Assembly: GCA_002633005.1 (NCBI GenBank)
Contig: NMRA01000081.1
Span: 561,625 to 625,624 of the forward strand
Direction: 5' to 3'
Origin: Phoronis australis
Taxonomy: Eukaryota > Animalia > Phoronida
Length of the DNA stretch: 64,000 nt
Positions within the stretch are counted from its first letter, which is position 1; every line of letters starts with the position of its first letter. A program made the translations under genes and the position numbers. The notes below the pieces were generated by a model that did not search any database, was not told the DNA's origin, and was given only the letters and a program-made list of their open reading frames with translations. Positions 38,742 through 53,700 of the stretch are shown one piece after another.

Positions 38742-41700
38742 ATTATTATTATTAATCAGTGTTACCGGTACAATTGTTTTGCAATCTATGTACTTTTCCT
38801 TTTTTGCTTAATTTTAATAAAAAGACAATTTGTGACTCAATTAATGGCAGATTAGTAAAAAGCCAATTATCAAATTTTACAGGTTTTCATCACATAGGCT
38901 CAATAGCTCCACATTTATCCCATACACGTTGAATCTGTTGAGGGAAACATGGCCATGTAATTCGGTCTCGTTCGATACGCGTAATAATGTCTCGTGGGAT
39001 ATTACTTCATGTACGTCACTCTCGTTACGTTTTGTGTATTTATTGCTAATATTCATCAGTTAGTCTCAATAGCTCCGCATATATTACTAAGATTCATCAG
39101 TTAGTCTCAATAGCTCTATATATATTACTAAGATTCATCAGTAAGTCTCAATAGCTCTATATATATTACTAAGATTCATCAGTTAGTCTCAATAGCTCCA
39201 TATATATTACTAAGATTCATCAGTTAGGCTCAATAGCTCCACAGTTGTTACTAAGATTCATCAGTAAGGCTAAATAGCGCCACATTTATTGCTAAAACCA
39301 GAGCACAAAAGAAAGTTGCGGCTCATCTTGAAGAGTAGACAGAAATTGCACATCAGACATTAACCTAAAGAGTCAATTTATTTTGTGTGTTGGTTTAGGT
39401 AGGAAGCCTGGCAATTCAAGCCCATGCCAATTAGTAACAAGGACCCCAATGTGTTTAGTGTCTAGTCTGTTTATCACTTACATGTGCAGTTTGGTCTCTG
39501 GCCTTCCCACAGCCCCCCAGGTTGACACACTAGGGCAGGCTCTCCAGAGAGCCTGTAACCTACATCACAAGCATAGTGGCAGGAGTCATACGGCGTGTTA
39601 CGACACGGCACCTTAGTTGGGGGCACCTCATCTCTTGAGGATCCTCGCACGTGGAACATGATGCCATTCTGAATTGGTTCGAGAGCTTCACAGTACTTGA
39701 CTGGAAAGAATACAAATTATATTTGTTAAATGCACTGACAGACCAAGACCAAGGCTTTAATCTTTAAGTACTTAAAAACTGACTCAATTCACTGATTGCA
39801 TGTCATGCTTTGAGCGAACTTACATATTTGTATTCAAATCGTGTAACAAGACTGGTTCATTTTCAACTCGGGGTCTGCGTTGAGTCTGATTTTGTAGACT
39901 AAACTAAGTTAAATGACATTCAATAAACTTGATTCATTTGATTCCAAGACTCACGTTGACACGGTTCATCGACTTTGAGCTTATGGAAGGCAGGAAAGCA
40001 ACGACACTCGCTAACATCCCTGGCGCCACTGTGATGGGTAGTGCTGTTGGCAGGGCAGGGCCGGCACTTCTCCGGGGACAGTGAGTCTTTGTAGAACCCC
40101 AGTGGGCAGGCTGCAAGAAATGCACATGCAAATATCAGAGAGGAACACCATAGGAGCAATAGGAAATGTAACAAGAGAAATACAAAATGTTGGTATTCAC
40201 CCACAATTGACCTATACTGCAAATAGAGTACATAAATTTGAAATCGTCTTTATAAATAAGCTACTTAGTTTCATGGAGTTTAAAAATAGGATGAGAATAC
40301 ATTGCCCAGGACATCAAAGCTTAAAATCAACTGGAGCCAGAACATTCTCATCTTACACTAGTCGATCAAGCTTCATCTGTCACAGTGTGAAGCCACTTTG
40401 ACAGTAATCAATGGACAAAGAATAATTTGCCTTGTAGCAAATGAAAATGGCCATCAAGTAACGCTATGCCAGTTGAACCATCTGAAATTCAATTGCTGGA
40501 AGGGCATTTCTACCCTATCCCTTGCGTTGAGTTTCATCAATTTGTCTAGCCATTACAACAATAATCAATTAACTATTAAGAAAATCTCATACAGTATTTA
40601 AATGGAAAAGGACAATTTGAAGATGGAAATAAAGGGTTTCCAAGATGTACTCAGATTTCAAACGATTGTAACTTCATTGTATATACACAAGACCACTGGA
40701 TTGAAATCATAAAAGTGATCAAAAAAGGAATTAAGCCTTAATTCGAACCCAAATTCATTATTTATAGACTTGGGAAGATGATTAATAATCTTTGCACTTC
40801 ATTGACAATTTAGTGTTCTGTGATAAATTTCCATTCCCTAAAACTGAATCGTTTGTTTGCCTTCCTAGTGTCTAAGAGCATATGATGGCTGGACAGGCTC
40901 ACATGCCTACTGTCACAGCAAAGTGTAGGCCTGGGTGAACTGAGTCTGATCCACAGGAAATGGAATTCAACTTCTGGCTTTGAAATGAAGTGTGAGTACT
41001 TTATGGGACACCCTGTAGACTTCTGAAATAAGTGGTATAAACTATCCTTTATAAACAAAGTAATGCTTACATAAATCTGAAGGAAGTCTGTTAAAACTGA
41101 CATGTTTCAGATTCATCTGCAGCTGTCATGGTTCACATTTGAGATTAACTTAGTCCAATCTAAGGAAGATGTTCCCTTGGTACTCAAATATATTTTTGAC
41201 TGAAGGATTAAGGGCTGTTGTGTGTGAGATGGTACATCACTAACAGGTAATTATACCTCCCTTCATTCCAGGCTTGGCTATTCAAAACCCATAGGGGGTA
41301 ATAAAACTATTATCTTCTCTGCCAGGAGTAAATCCTGTGCTGAGCTGTGTTTACTTATATAGGCCAGCTGGGATAGTTGTACAACTAAGAGCTGGGGGTC
41401 ACGCAAAATGTGAAGCCACCATTCAGACTAGGCCGATGTTTTCTCTACACCACCCATGTGTTCCAATTAATAGAGACAAAACTGGCCGTACAAACTAGAG
41501 ATAGAAGTCTAGAACGATGATGACAATGAGCGCAATAATAGCCTCAGAGACAGTGATTTGGCAATGTGAATTATATTACACGTACCAACTTATTGTCACG
41601 GGTGATGGATTTACTTCAAAATATAACACTTGTCACTTTATTTTCTTCTAGTATTCGTGAACTTCAAGAACTCCGCTAGCTTCATTACCTTCGCCTTAAG

Positions 41701-44700
41701 CGACGGTGAGTTTCTAACTACAGTGCACTAGACAGAACATGTATTTGAAAAAATCAGGACAGAGAAATGTGACACTGGTTTTGCAAACCCTCCTACTCTG
41801 ATTTAAGTGAAAAGTTCTCAGATTTTGAAGAATTCCCATAACTCACACAAAGGTGTCAAATTTTCCCTATTTCCCGGGCTTTGTAACTGATTTAGTGTAT
41901 TGTCCAAAGTGGTCTGCTGTAAAACTGTGACTGATAGTATAATCATCTCAGTACAAACCAATCCAAATATTCATTTCAGCCAGGCCTGTAAACACTACCA
42001 TCATCCTCCATTTTGACTCACAAACGTCCGTCCCCGTTGCTAATGGAGGCAGAAAGATGGATTTTTGATGAGCTTGAGACACTTAAAGAGGAGATCAATG
42101 ACTTACCGAGGAAAAGTACGGGATGTAAACGAATGTCTAGACCAACTGATCAGCTAACATCAGACCACCAGTAGCTATTTTGATATCTTAAAGTGCCAAA
42201 ATAATAATTATGCCAGATTTACATAGATTGGTAAATTACTAAACACCTTGAAAATTATTACCTGGGTATGGATCTGGCCAGTCTTAATCCTTGTTAACTT
42301 CCTGAGCACAAACAATGGGTGCATTTGCCAAAACTTTCCAATAAAACCAAACACGCAATTTCACACAAAATTCAAGTGCTTAAATTGCCCCTGTGGTTAC
42401 CTGAATCAGAGAGGAGGCTTTGCGGCATAGTGTGATAGGTGAACCCTTTCTTTACTTGAGATCATGGTTTCAAGTCCCACTGGGACACACTGCTAAACCC
42501 TTCAGTCAGGTTTCTAGCTCCTCAGCTTGATTTAACTAATGTTAATAAAGCATAAAAATAGTTCCAGGAAATCAGTGCAATGGGTCCACATGCACGACTT
42601 GCGCACGTCTGGTACAACGTGTATCAGACTGCCTGCAATTATTTTTTTACCTGAATCATATAAAGCAACAAGACCTGCAAAATGTTTGAAAATGTGATGT
42701 GTCTACATTTCTAATCCTATTTGTGGGTCTAAATCCCATCATAATAGTGGCAGATACATCACCAATACAAATCAGTATGGTGTCGTTGTATAGCTGTTTG
42801 AACTGATCAGTCATCTGAATGGAGCTCAGTGGATGTGAATGGATTAATCACTTATGGCTGGGCTCAATGGCTTTAAGTCTTGAATACCACTGGGGGTGCA
42901 ACACACAAGGACCTTACCTGGTCATGTCACCCTGGTTTTGGTAGTAACAGGTTCAGTGAAATACCAACAGGAACACATTGAAAAGAATTCATTTTTGTAA
43001 TACAGATCTAGCAAGATTTCCCTCATATTTACTTTGTGCCAGTGGGACTTGGCAACAGTAACTGGTAGGCGGTGTCTACTCTAGTGCCTTTGAGAATTAT
43101 TCATTACCTTGTCCAGATTAGTTTAATAGGACAGCCCAACAATAGTTGATGGCTTTCTCATACTGGTTAAGTAATGAACCATGCATGATGATGTGCCAGA
43201 GTCCTCACCTTAAATGGACCAGTAGTTGGTGCCCTAAGACTAAACAAACAAGGAGTATATAGTCCAAAACTAGGGCCATTTCAATATAACTGACATACAG
43301 ACTGAAATAAGCAACATTTTACTTACCAGAGCACTTTATTCCGTCTCCTTGGTAACCAGCCATACAGACACAGCCATACTGGCCAAGAGCTGTGGCACAG
43401 GTACACTGAGCATTTCCATGGCACCGACCTTTACAGCTAAAGTGATCAGCCACCTCCCACGAATGTGTTTGTCTGTCTGCAACAAGTTCAAAGAAATGGA
43501 TAAGTTACAGAAAAAAGCAAGAGTGCGCTAAGATAATTCATAGTCTCTCCCTTTTGGTCAGGAAACAAATTTTTTTCTTGATGGAAACTGAAGATTGCTA
43601 TATTATTATTATTATTACGTACCGGGTAATCCACTTCAGGAATAACACAACTTAGATCTTTAAAATGTTCTGTTGATAATGACATCAGGCTTTATAATCA
43701 CAATAATACACGAGCAAACATTAAGTACCGGATGTAAACAGCAAAAAGCAACACTAGTCCACACAATACTGTCCCTAGGCTCTGGGGTCTCTTTCCTTTG
43801 TAAGGTATGAGGATGTGCCGACACATATTTAACATCCGGACCAGCACAATACCAGGGTCCTGCTTTTGAAGGAGGCTATTGACTTTAGTCTTTTGACTTT
43901 AGCCAAAAGTCAGAGATATGACTATGAATATTCAAAGTTGATTTTTTGACTTTTGTGTTTCTCAAAATGTTTTGCTGTTTGAGCAGATTGTGGATTTCTG
44001 TCCTTTGACATTCAGCCTTAGCTTATTATCATGAAACTGGCCATCTGCAGACTGATCTTTAGCCGAAAGTTGAAAGACGAAAGTCAATAGAATCTTTCAC
44101 TGAGAAACAGGCCCACAGGCACCAGGGAAAACAGGTACCTAGTGCCCACAAGACAACACACTCACTGACGAAAAACCCTATTCAAGACAATACAACTTCC
44201 TATATGTGGCAAACTTACACCACCATCACAATACGTTCCAATTAGCAATCCTGTTCCTGAACCCCTACACCCTAATTTTCTAAATTTTCACTTTCAAATG
44301 CTCTTGTTCTGTTATGCATCCACACCTTATTGATGCTGCCAGGACTTTTGGTCCAACTATTCCAGCAGGTCAAGGTCAACCATGTTTTGGTATTCTTTTA
44401 CACTTCACAGATGCAGAAGGCATGTGTGTAACCAAAACAGATAAGAATATAATAGAAAACATATGATAACTTTTTTAATTGTCATGTTCATACAATTTAC
44501 ATATACCCCGACATCAACTGAGAATTACTTTGTTTACGGCTCAATGAATGTGCGGGTGATTAGTAGGAGTCATGTGCAATCTTGTTTATAGTCGATTATT
44601 ACAATAATTAATTACAGAGATAGGTCAACTCTGACTTTTCAGATTTCGATCTCACGACTGACCATCCAAATAATATCACAGATCAAACATTACCTATTTG

Positions 44701-47700
44701 TGTGGTTGCAAACCCAACAAAATGCTTGATGTATTTCCTGAATTAAACTTCACAAAACAACCCACTGGGACTATTGTTTTCTTGTGAAAGAAAACAGGCA
44801 AGTTAGTAGACATCCTCACCCACAAAATGAACTCCAAGCAGAAAAGAGAAACCCTGTTGTCCTTCTTACAGGCAATCTGGCCTTGAATAACTCCACCCAT
44901 CTGAGCTACACTTCCTGGCAGCATGAGAGGATTGTTATTAAAACCTGTTCAACCTAATGAGGGTGCCAACAGCACATAAGGAGTCATCTGTAAATACCCA
45001 GTGTTTCTTCTCAAAATATCACATGCCTCAGAAAGTTGTGGTAAAACATATCCTCACATGAATTTGTTCATCACCAGCTGTTCTGGCATGAACAAAACAA
45101 AAAAGCTTCACTTCCCTAAAGTTGCTGGCAATCAATGTCCTTTGGTAATTTCCATGTGCCACAGATCACGCACCATCTAAACCCAGAGTCAACTTAGGAG
45201 TACTTGGGTCTCATGTGTGACAAAAAAAACCCCAAACAGTTCTTCGGTTACCGCAATACTAACCTTTTATTGGTGGCAGAAACTAGTGCTTACCGTATGT
45301 TTCTTCACCCCCAACTGGCCCCAAACCCACGTTAACATGAAGTGATAGCCCATAGGATAAGCAAAGCCACATTGTTTACCCAGAGACACTTTTTTAGACT
45401 AACTCTTCACAAAACTTTCTGTAATTTTAGAATGAAGGCTAAGCAAAAATTACACAATATTTTCCAGCTAAAAAAGACTAAAACTTAAAAAAAACAATCC
45501 TGTGCAGGTTGGTACATATAACCAGATATCTGGTTTACATTCGGTTCTTGTAGTTAGCAAAGGTAACATAAGCTCAATGAAACACTAGCAGTAAAATCTC
45601 ACCAATTTAAGACACAATATGGCCAACAAGTGAAATTTCATTTTATCATCTTTTCCATGATGAAACACAAATTTAGCACCAAGTTAAATGGTTTTCTATG
45701 TTCAAGTTTGTGCCGCAGTCGCAATCAGGCAAAGGTTTGAAAATTTTGAGCATTCACAACAATGATAAAAACCTTTGAAAAATGAAAACAACCTTTTTGG
45801 AAATCATTTTATCCGAAATTGGTACTTTACCCTACTAATGTAGTTGACACTCTTGGGTATTTCTAAAGTGTGTTTTGTTGAAAAACATGTCACAGCACAA
45901 GAGCATGACCTCAGACACCAGCAGTAACCACACTTTGTACTGGGTTACATCTCATGTCCTGCCTCCACCACCACATCAAACACCTAAAACTACCATCCCC
46001 AATGTCTGTAGCTGGTCCATTACTAGAGTTTGTCATGCAAATTTGATTGTGATCTACCTCTCAGGTCGTGAACATAATTTTTGTATTTGTTTAAACAACT
46101 CTGGTCTAGTAACTGGTGAATTTACAAAATCTGGTCTAATCAGTAAAATCTCACCAATTTAAGACACAATTTGGCGGACAAGTGAAATTTCATTTTTGTC
46201 ATTTTTAGAAAAAAAGTATGTATGGATGCTTTTCCAAGTTCAAACTGTGTATCACAGCTAGCACCGGGCAATATTTTGACATAAATAACAATGTCAGAAG
46301 TGTTTGAAAATTAAAAAAGATAAATTTGGCACTTAACTTTTTGTCCAAAATTCATGAGATTTAACCATAACTGGTTAATTCACAAACTTTCTGAAGCAAG
46401 AAATTTCATGACAGTAACATTCACCATGCTTTTTCAGTTAATTACCGACGGGAGAAGTCCACGCCGACGTCATCGAAGTGTCCATAAGGGCAGCAAAAAC
46501 ACATGACAACGTATGAAACCAGACAAGAGTTTTGTAACATATGCTTCTTTTCTGGCCCACCAGTTTGGTTTTGGAAGATAAGACTGTGTTAAAACAATTG
46601 GCCTGTACATAAATTATTTGACAGCCTACACCAAGATAGGCATGCTTTCTTCTGTGGTCACCAGTTTAGGACACAAGATGGTGGACAAGTGAACATTTTT
46701 ATTTTGATTATGTGGTTTTCATAGAACATGAGTAGCACCAAACATTATTTACTGTATAACTATATATTTATTACATCAGCCACTGGCCTTAGAAACCACG
46801 AATATGCGATTTTCATAATTCATAAGTTACACAAAATAGTCACCATCTGACAAAATGTTTTGAGAAATTCTGACAATTACTTTGGTTCAAAATTGCTGAC
46901 ATTCTGCCATACATAGCAATGTATAAATTCGAGTGCATTCTTACGACAAAGGCGGAATTTTAGATTTAACAAATGCAAAGTTCACCACACACATCAGCCT
47001 ATATGGCCTGCACAATTCCCGATACCCTAAATTCTTGTAATCAAAAAACAATTTACTATCCTGCCAGACAAAAGACAGGCACCATGCACCATTTCAAGGG
47101 CACACTTTCCAGACCTGTAAGATCTTAAACCCATGATTTACTTTTAAAACTAACTATGAACAATGCTGATACTTAAGTTAAATTTATTTCTTGGTACAGA
47201 GAGACTGGCTAAACTGACTTGCTTCCACATGGAAAGAATTGACAGATAAGCAACATCAAATTCAAAACCTGTTTCTCGTGCCTTGAGGTGAACATCAATT
47301 ATATGTTGATTACAAAATAGCGAAATCTTCATGGTACACTTTCTTTACCAATTTTCTTTCTTTTAAATGTTAACTTGAATACAAAAATAAAATTTACTTG
47401 TTTGAAGCTGCACTTGCTTTCGCCTGACTAATTAAATGTAAAAGCAAGAAAACACTAAGCTATTAAAGAATTAGTTGATTTTGGGAAAGTTGAGTATTCT
47501 ATTTTCTATGCACTGTGTTCTTGCGAAACTTGGTGATCTAGGTTATACTCAGCATCATGTGACAACACCACTTTCCAAACTTCAGAACACAATAAAACCA
47601 TTTTGAAAATCTCGTGTAAAACAAAAGTGTACGATACCCCAAACAAGGCACGGTACCCCAAACAAGGCACGGTACCCCAAACAAGGCACGCTTTATATCA

Positions 47701-50700
47701 ATCTGCTGGTGATGGCCGGAGGTGTGCTTACATAAAAACACTGAGAGCTATTGGTCAGGGATGTCCTGAGAGCTATTGGTCAAGGACACACTGAGAGCTA
47801 TTGGTCAGGGACACACTGAGGGCTATTGGTCATGGACAAGTTGAGGGCTATTGGTCATGGATACGCTGAGAAACTGGGAAACCCATTTTGGACACAATAT
47901 TTTTTTAAAATACTGGATGAAGTGCTCACCCTATTTTAAAATATAGTAAACAGGAAAAGGGAGTCCACGCATCTCACTATCTCACTGCCACGCATAACAC
48001 ACATTCATCTAGATAGCTCACCCACCATGCATATCACATCAACACCTCACCCACCATGCATATCACGGCACCTCACCCACCTTGCATATCACATCCTTCA
48101 TCGAAGACATAATCGCCTTAAGCGCAGTTTTTCTTCACCACTATTGGACGGTGGAACGAACTGAGAAAAGAAGAGGTCTCGGCACCACGTGTCTGAGGCA
48201 TTTCGGAACAGGATGTTTCTAAATGCCATAATGGCACATCACCTGACTGTTTTATCCAACAGTCTACAGCACAACTACGGTACGTTCTGGAATTTTGGAA
48301 ATGACATAGAGGAGTTCTGTTGGGGTCTTTAGTGGGTGCAAGTTTGACCTAAGGGACAAAAGTCCTGACTGAGGTTAAACTAATCGTGGTACTAAAACAA
48401 ATCAGACCCAGGCTTACAAGCAAATCTCTGTGTTGGTGTTATCATACAGGCCACAGACAAGGTATGTCCTCTTAATTAACCCAGACACATAGCTGATGAG
48501 ACTCTTGGCCTGCATGAGTAGTCATCTATTACTGTCTGAAATAACACCCACTTCCTGCCAAAACTTATTTACCCAATGAAATACAAAATACTGAAAGCTT
48601 GAATATCAAAAACAGGTTGTTTGCAAAACACACACAAGTTCCAAAATCTGATGGCATTTAATAACTTTTTAATATGCACAAATTATATCTATCTTCTTTA
48701 TTTCATACCATTCAAATACCTTAAAGTATTAATTGACTATAAAACACTTTTATCAACTCCACTCAGTCTACCATGACTGAACAACTTTCCATCCTTATAT
48801 GCATACAATTTTAAACTTAAAATGTATTCATTTAAGTATTATTTTCATACCGTTACTATTCATCACCTTTCTCAGGGGCAGATCCAAGATTTTTACAAGG
48901 GGGTCGGGTCAAGAATTTTTAAAACGTCTACAATTTGAACATTCTAGATTTGATATCACTAAAATCAACGGAAAAAGATGGGGTCCGGACACCCTCCCTG
49001 GATCCGCTAATGTTTCTGTCACTGTTCCAACCTTCTCATAACTCAACAAATGGCCAAGTTGAAAGTCATACCTCAATATCTCATTTTGTTGAAGTAAAAT
49101 CTCACATTGCACTTTTTCATTTTTCAAGCAGTGAATACTCATGCGCGCAGCCAACCTACAAAATGGGGGAGCTCAAATTTTTGAGAATGTGGACCTAGTG
49201 AAAACTAAAAAACTAAAAAAATTTCATGGGATACGTTCAGAGCGATGAATTGTGCATTCACCAAATTTTAGTAGTTCTTGCCTTTTTATCGGACTTCTGT
49301 CTTGTTTTCTACTTTTTTTCGGAGTCTTCGTTTCTTTGAGGTGGACCTTTTTGCCTATTTCGCCAAATAGTAAGGCTCGAATGAGCCCCCCTGGGTGCGC
49401 ACATGATACTTGTGATTATTCAAAATATTTTCTGTTGGTAGATATGGTACAAGACTTGGATATGTCATTTAAAGCGTCATCTTGGTCCTGCATATCATGT
49501 ACAAGACCAGGAGAACTATAAAATTTCACCTTTGACATTTCAAAGTCACAGACAGAGAAAATGCCGCTCAGATAATGTGCATGACCTATGATGAATGGCA
49601 GTCCATACCATTTAACCTTGCAAGTGTCTGATCTATGTGTTGCATGTGACACCACCATGAAGGCCACATCCCACGAGATACACCTGAGACACCTCAAGCA
49701 TGCATAATGCTCAAACTTCATACTGTAGATGGTACAAAAATGTCCCCATTTAGTGCAAATCTGACATTGCCAGCCAACGTTTCCTCTTGCATTCACTGCT
49801 CACCATTTCCAAGTCCAGTAAATGTAATCCAATACGATTTTGATTATGCTGACCTACGAAACTTTTCATAAATAAGCCAAATTAATCGTTAAGATTTTTT
49901 AAAACAAAGCTGACTTCCTGAAAATAGAAGGCACCGAGCAGAAGCGTGCGTCACAAGCCACTGCAAACATAAATTAGACAGCGTAAGTGAGAACACTTAG
50001 GACAAGTAATTAGCTCCACGAGCGCGAATGAAACAATTCCAACACTGAAAGATTCCTAACGAGTAAGAAAATGAAGAAATCAGACTTCTTACCATATAAT
50101 AAGAGATCATGAGACAAACTTCTCTCCCCTTTTTTAAAATTTAAATGATTACACACATAACGAACTCTTGAAACTTGATAAATAATAAACATGAATATTT
50201 TGTGAACCCAAATTGACATACGTAAACAAACGCATACAAGTGCAATGTAGTTTAAGGTTATGTAGGACAATAGAAAAATGTTCGAATTTGGCCAACTTCA
50301 CAACATTGTATCTAAGAAAGCATTGATCAGATTGATATGAAACTATGTGTTTTATACATTGCTCTACAAAATGTTGTTAATGTTGTTTTTAAAACGTTTC
50401 CCTTTTGCATAAGACTCTATCAAGGTGTAAGACTTTTACATTTTTCGAAAATAAAACTTAAAAACTTGATTAAAAAGAAAAACAGTGACTTAGAAACTGC
50501 AACAGCATTTTTGAGATTTCATCTTGAACATATACCAAACATTTGATCATGTTATTTTCACTTTCATTTTGCTATAAATGCACAGTCTTTTCTTTTTTGC
50601 TAAATTTTACTCAAAAGACAACATCACCAACAGCGGGAGACAAGTACAAAGTCATAATGAAATTCTACTTTCAGAAAAAATACTTCTAGGAGTTAAAATC

Positions 50701-53700
50701 TACAGTTATGTTGATATTTGGCTTAATAAAACCTGTGGATAAGGTCCTACACAACCCAAGTCTTGACAAACTCTTGAGTGTATATATCTCTGACCAGATT
50801 GACTGGTCTTTGTCAAAGTTGGCGTTTCTGAGAATAAAAAGCCCCAACTGATAAGAGCTGTATAAATATAGTGAAGCTCTTTTACACCTCTCCCCTATGG
50901 GGGGCATATGGAACTTGTTAGGAACTGGCCAGACTTGGCATGACTTGAACATTCTCTAATTCTAGTATTAAAATCTACAATGATCATACCTTCCCAAACA
51001 TCACCCATCAGATGTTCAGTAAGACCTTACTTACTTGAATCAATAAATTAATAAGGATTTTTGATTTGTAAATCACTGGCTCATGTCACAAGGTTGGCAC
51101 AGCAATGAGCTTGTAGTGCTTTTTTTTAATTCATGTCGGGTCTAGTGGGTGGGGCTTGGGCCCCCTGCCCAACTAAATCCCACAGATGTTGATACAGAAT
51201 AAGGATAATTCGAGGGCAAATAGACAGTTCATGGATGATATGCCATTAAGAGAATTGTAAAGACCCTAAGCTGATTAAAAGCTCAAAGGTTAAGAGCCCA
51301 GTCAACAATAAACTTGGTCACACATGGGTGACTGCAGTCACAATCTTGGAAAGACCAACAATACACAGAGGTAGATACAACTTCAAATTCTGGTCAAAAA
51401 AGAACTTAGTTTCCTGTTTTCTAAAAGGGAATACCTTTGAAGGAATGCCTGCTAATCAGAGCTCCTTTGATAATTTATAGATTCCAAAAATTAGCCATTA
51501 TTCTGAAATCAGTGCAGACACAGCAAAAAATAAAAACCAAGACAATGTATTTGTATTTACCATTTTAAAGTTCTTGGAAGTTACGTGAGACCCCGAAAAA
51601 TGCGTGTGGTTCTGAAGTGATTCCATGGTATCGTTGTATTAATAAAAATTTTTCACTACCATGACGGCAAGTTATGCTGTTTGAAGCAGGTGTGACCACA
51701 CAGCCTTCAATCATGCAAAGATTTAGAGATGTGTTTTGAGCTGACACAGTTGTTAACCAAAGGCCAACATATGGTCGTTAACCTGACAAGCATCATAATT
51801 AATTCAGTCCTATAAGACCTCGAAAGACAATAAAGGGATGCAAAAAGCGCATAAATCCACTTGATCTTCATACCAACTTGAAGCAAAATTCCTGAGGTGT
51901 ATAAATGACCAAGATTCATGATGTGTTATTCAGTAATTTGGTAACTTCTCAAACTGCTAGCAAATCTCATGAAAAAGTACAGACCTACATGAGCAAATTC
52001 ATCAGATAGTTGCAACAACTGGTCTTTGACTCACCCATCTTATAGAATGTGGTTATGCGGTAAAATCATCACATTTTATGGAACACCCACCAACTGTTTC
52101 ACCTTAAGAAATTTTTTGTACCCGGATGAAAAATTATGATTCGTTTCTATGTATTACATGCAAGTTTAACTTGACTTTTAACCACCTTATAATAATCAAA
52201 CTCGGGTCCAGAAACTTAAGCTTCATAAAATGGTTTTATGTGTTTATTTGCTCATCACTCTTGTTTTAGATTGATTTTTATTATTTAAAATTTACATTAC
52301 CTCACCAAAATATTTATTGTCTTCCTTATATTATTTACCGTATATGGCAGTGTAGAATAACAAACAATTACAATATCATATTCATAAGAGCCATAATAAT
52401 TGGAAAAATGAAATATATTAATTAATAGTAACAAATCAGATCTTTTCCCAAACGTGTTTCACAAGATTCTCTTCAGTGCAGAACACACTGACAAAGACCG
52501 CATCATCGGAATCTTTTCAGGTGTCCACCATGTCAAAAACAGATACCTTTTAGCACACTTCTATATGCTAGCCATTGAGCTGCCCCAAAAGCTAAGGTCA
52601 GAAGGAGTTATAAGTCTTCCACACAATGTAAATATACAAAGCATTAAATTACAGTACTTTTGCCAGTGTTAGTCTGCAACAGTGTGACAGTTAAGTTAAA
52701 CAATGTCCAGGCCCATCACTCTCTAACAATAAACAATCAGGTTCAATACATGCAAGCTACAGTGTAAGACTCCAAGCTTTAACATCAGGCCCCTGAAAGT
52801 TTGGCGAACTTTTCAAAATCAGGTCAAGTTTTCAAGGTAACAAAGTTCCAGGTCAAAAAGTGAGTGTTTTAAGTACTCTTGACCAAAAATATCTACACAT
52901 CAACACTTTATTTTTGTACCAGCTGGCAAAAGTTGTTAGACGATTCGTTTGGCAAACTCTCAAGCATACTATTTTTATTTGAAAGTCTACGACAAGAGTA
53001 CGGTGATGATGTACTCACCTCCATGCAAGCTCCTGGCTAGCTGATCAAATAGCTTGAAGTCTGGAATCAGAAAGGTATGGTTTGACATTGGCCAGGCAAT
53101 AGCCTTCAACTCGCCCATGTTGGCATCCGCAATTCCAAATGCATAGATCTCCACTTGAGGTCCTAACTCCTTCACTGGCCAAGTGGTATCCCAACGAAGT
53201 GAGCGAATATCAAACGAGGCTCGGACTGGAGGACTACCAATGTTGGATTTACCATCGGTAAGAATAAACACTGCCTTTTTGGACGTTTTACGGGATTTAA
53301 GCAGGACAGCCTCAGCTTTTTGTAAGGCGGCAAATGTTGCTGTGAAGCCATTGGGCATTTTGTGTTGGACAAATGAATCTAGACGAGATATTAGAGTGCA
53401 TTTGTCTTCATCATCATTATCGAGGTCGTTAATGTCCACTGACACAGTGGTACTGAATGTTATAACTGAGACCCGAGTGGCAAGAGGATTTATGACAAAG
53501 TGGTCTAAAATGTTGCGCACAAACTCCATCATGGAGTTCCAGCCTTGTCGGGGAACGCTGGCAGAACGGTCAAGCACAAACACCAAGTCCACCTCTCCCG
53601 TTGCATTGAATCGTGCGTAAAATTCTTGTATAATCTCCTGTCCTCGTAGGACATCATTCTGTCTGCAGCAGCAAAGTTGCCAAATTGTCAAAACGACCAC

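Noticed and set aside
42415-42485. Functional tRNA gene
   Set aside because: A/B-box-like motifs only; acceptor and anticodon stems do not pair, so at most a SINE head.
52035-52102. Possible small exon (strong GTGAGT donor) between exons 1 and 2
   Set aside because: It contains an in-frame TAA in the required phase and its length is not a multiple of 3; exons 1 and 2 join cleanly without it.
53183-53620. 145-aa plus-strand ORF
   Set aside because: Antisense shadow of the VWA exon; no independent signal.
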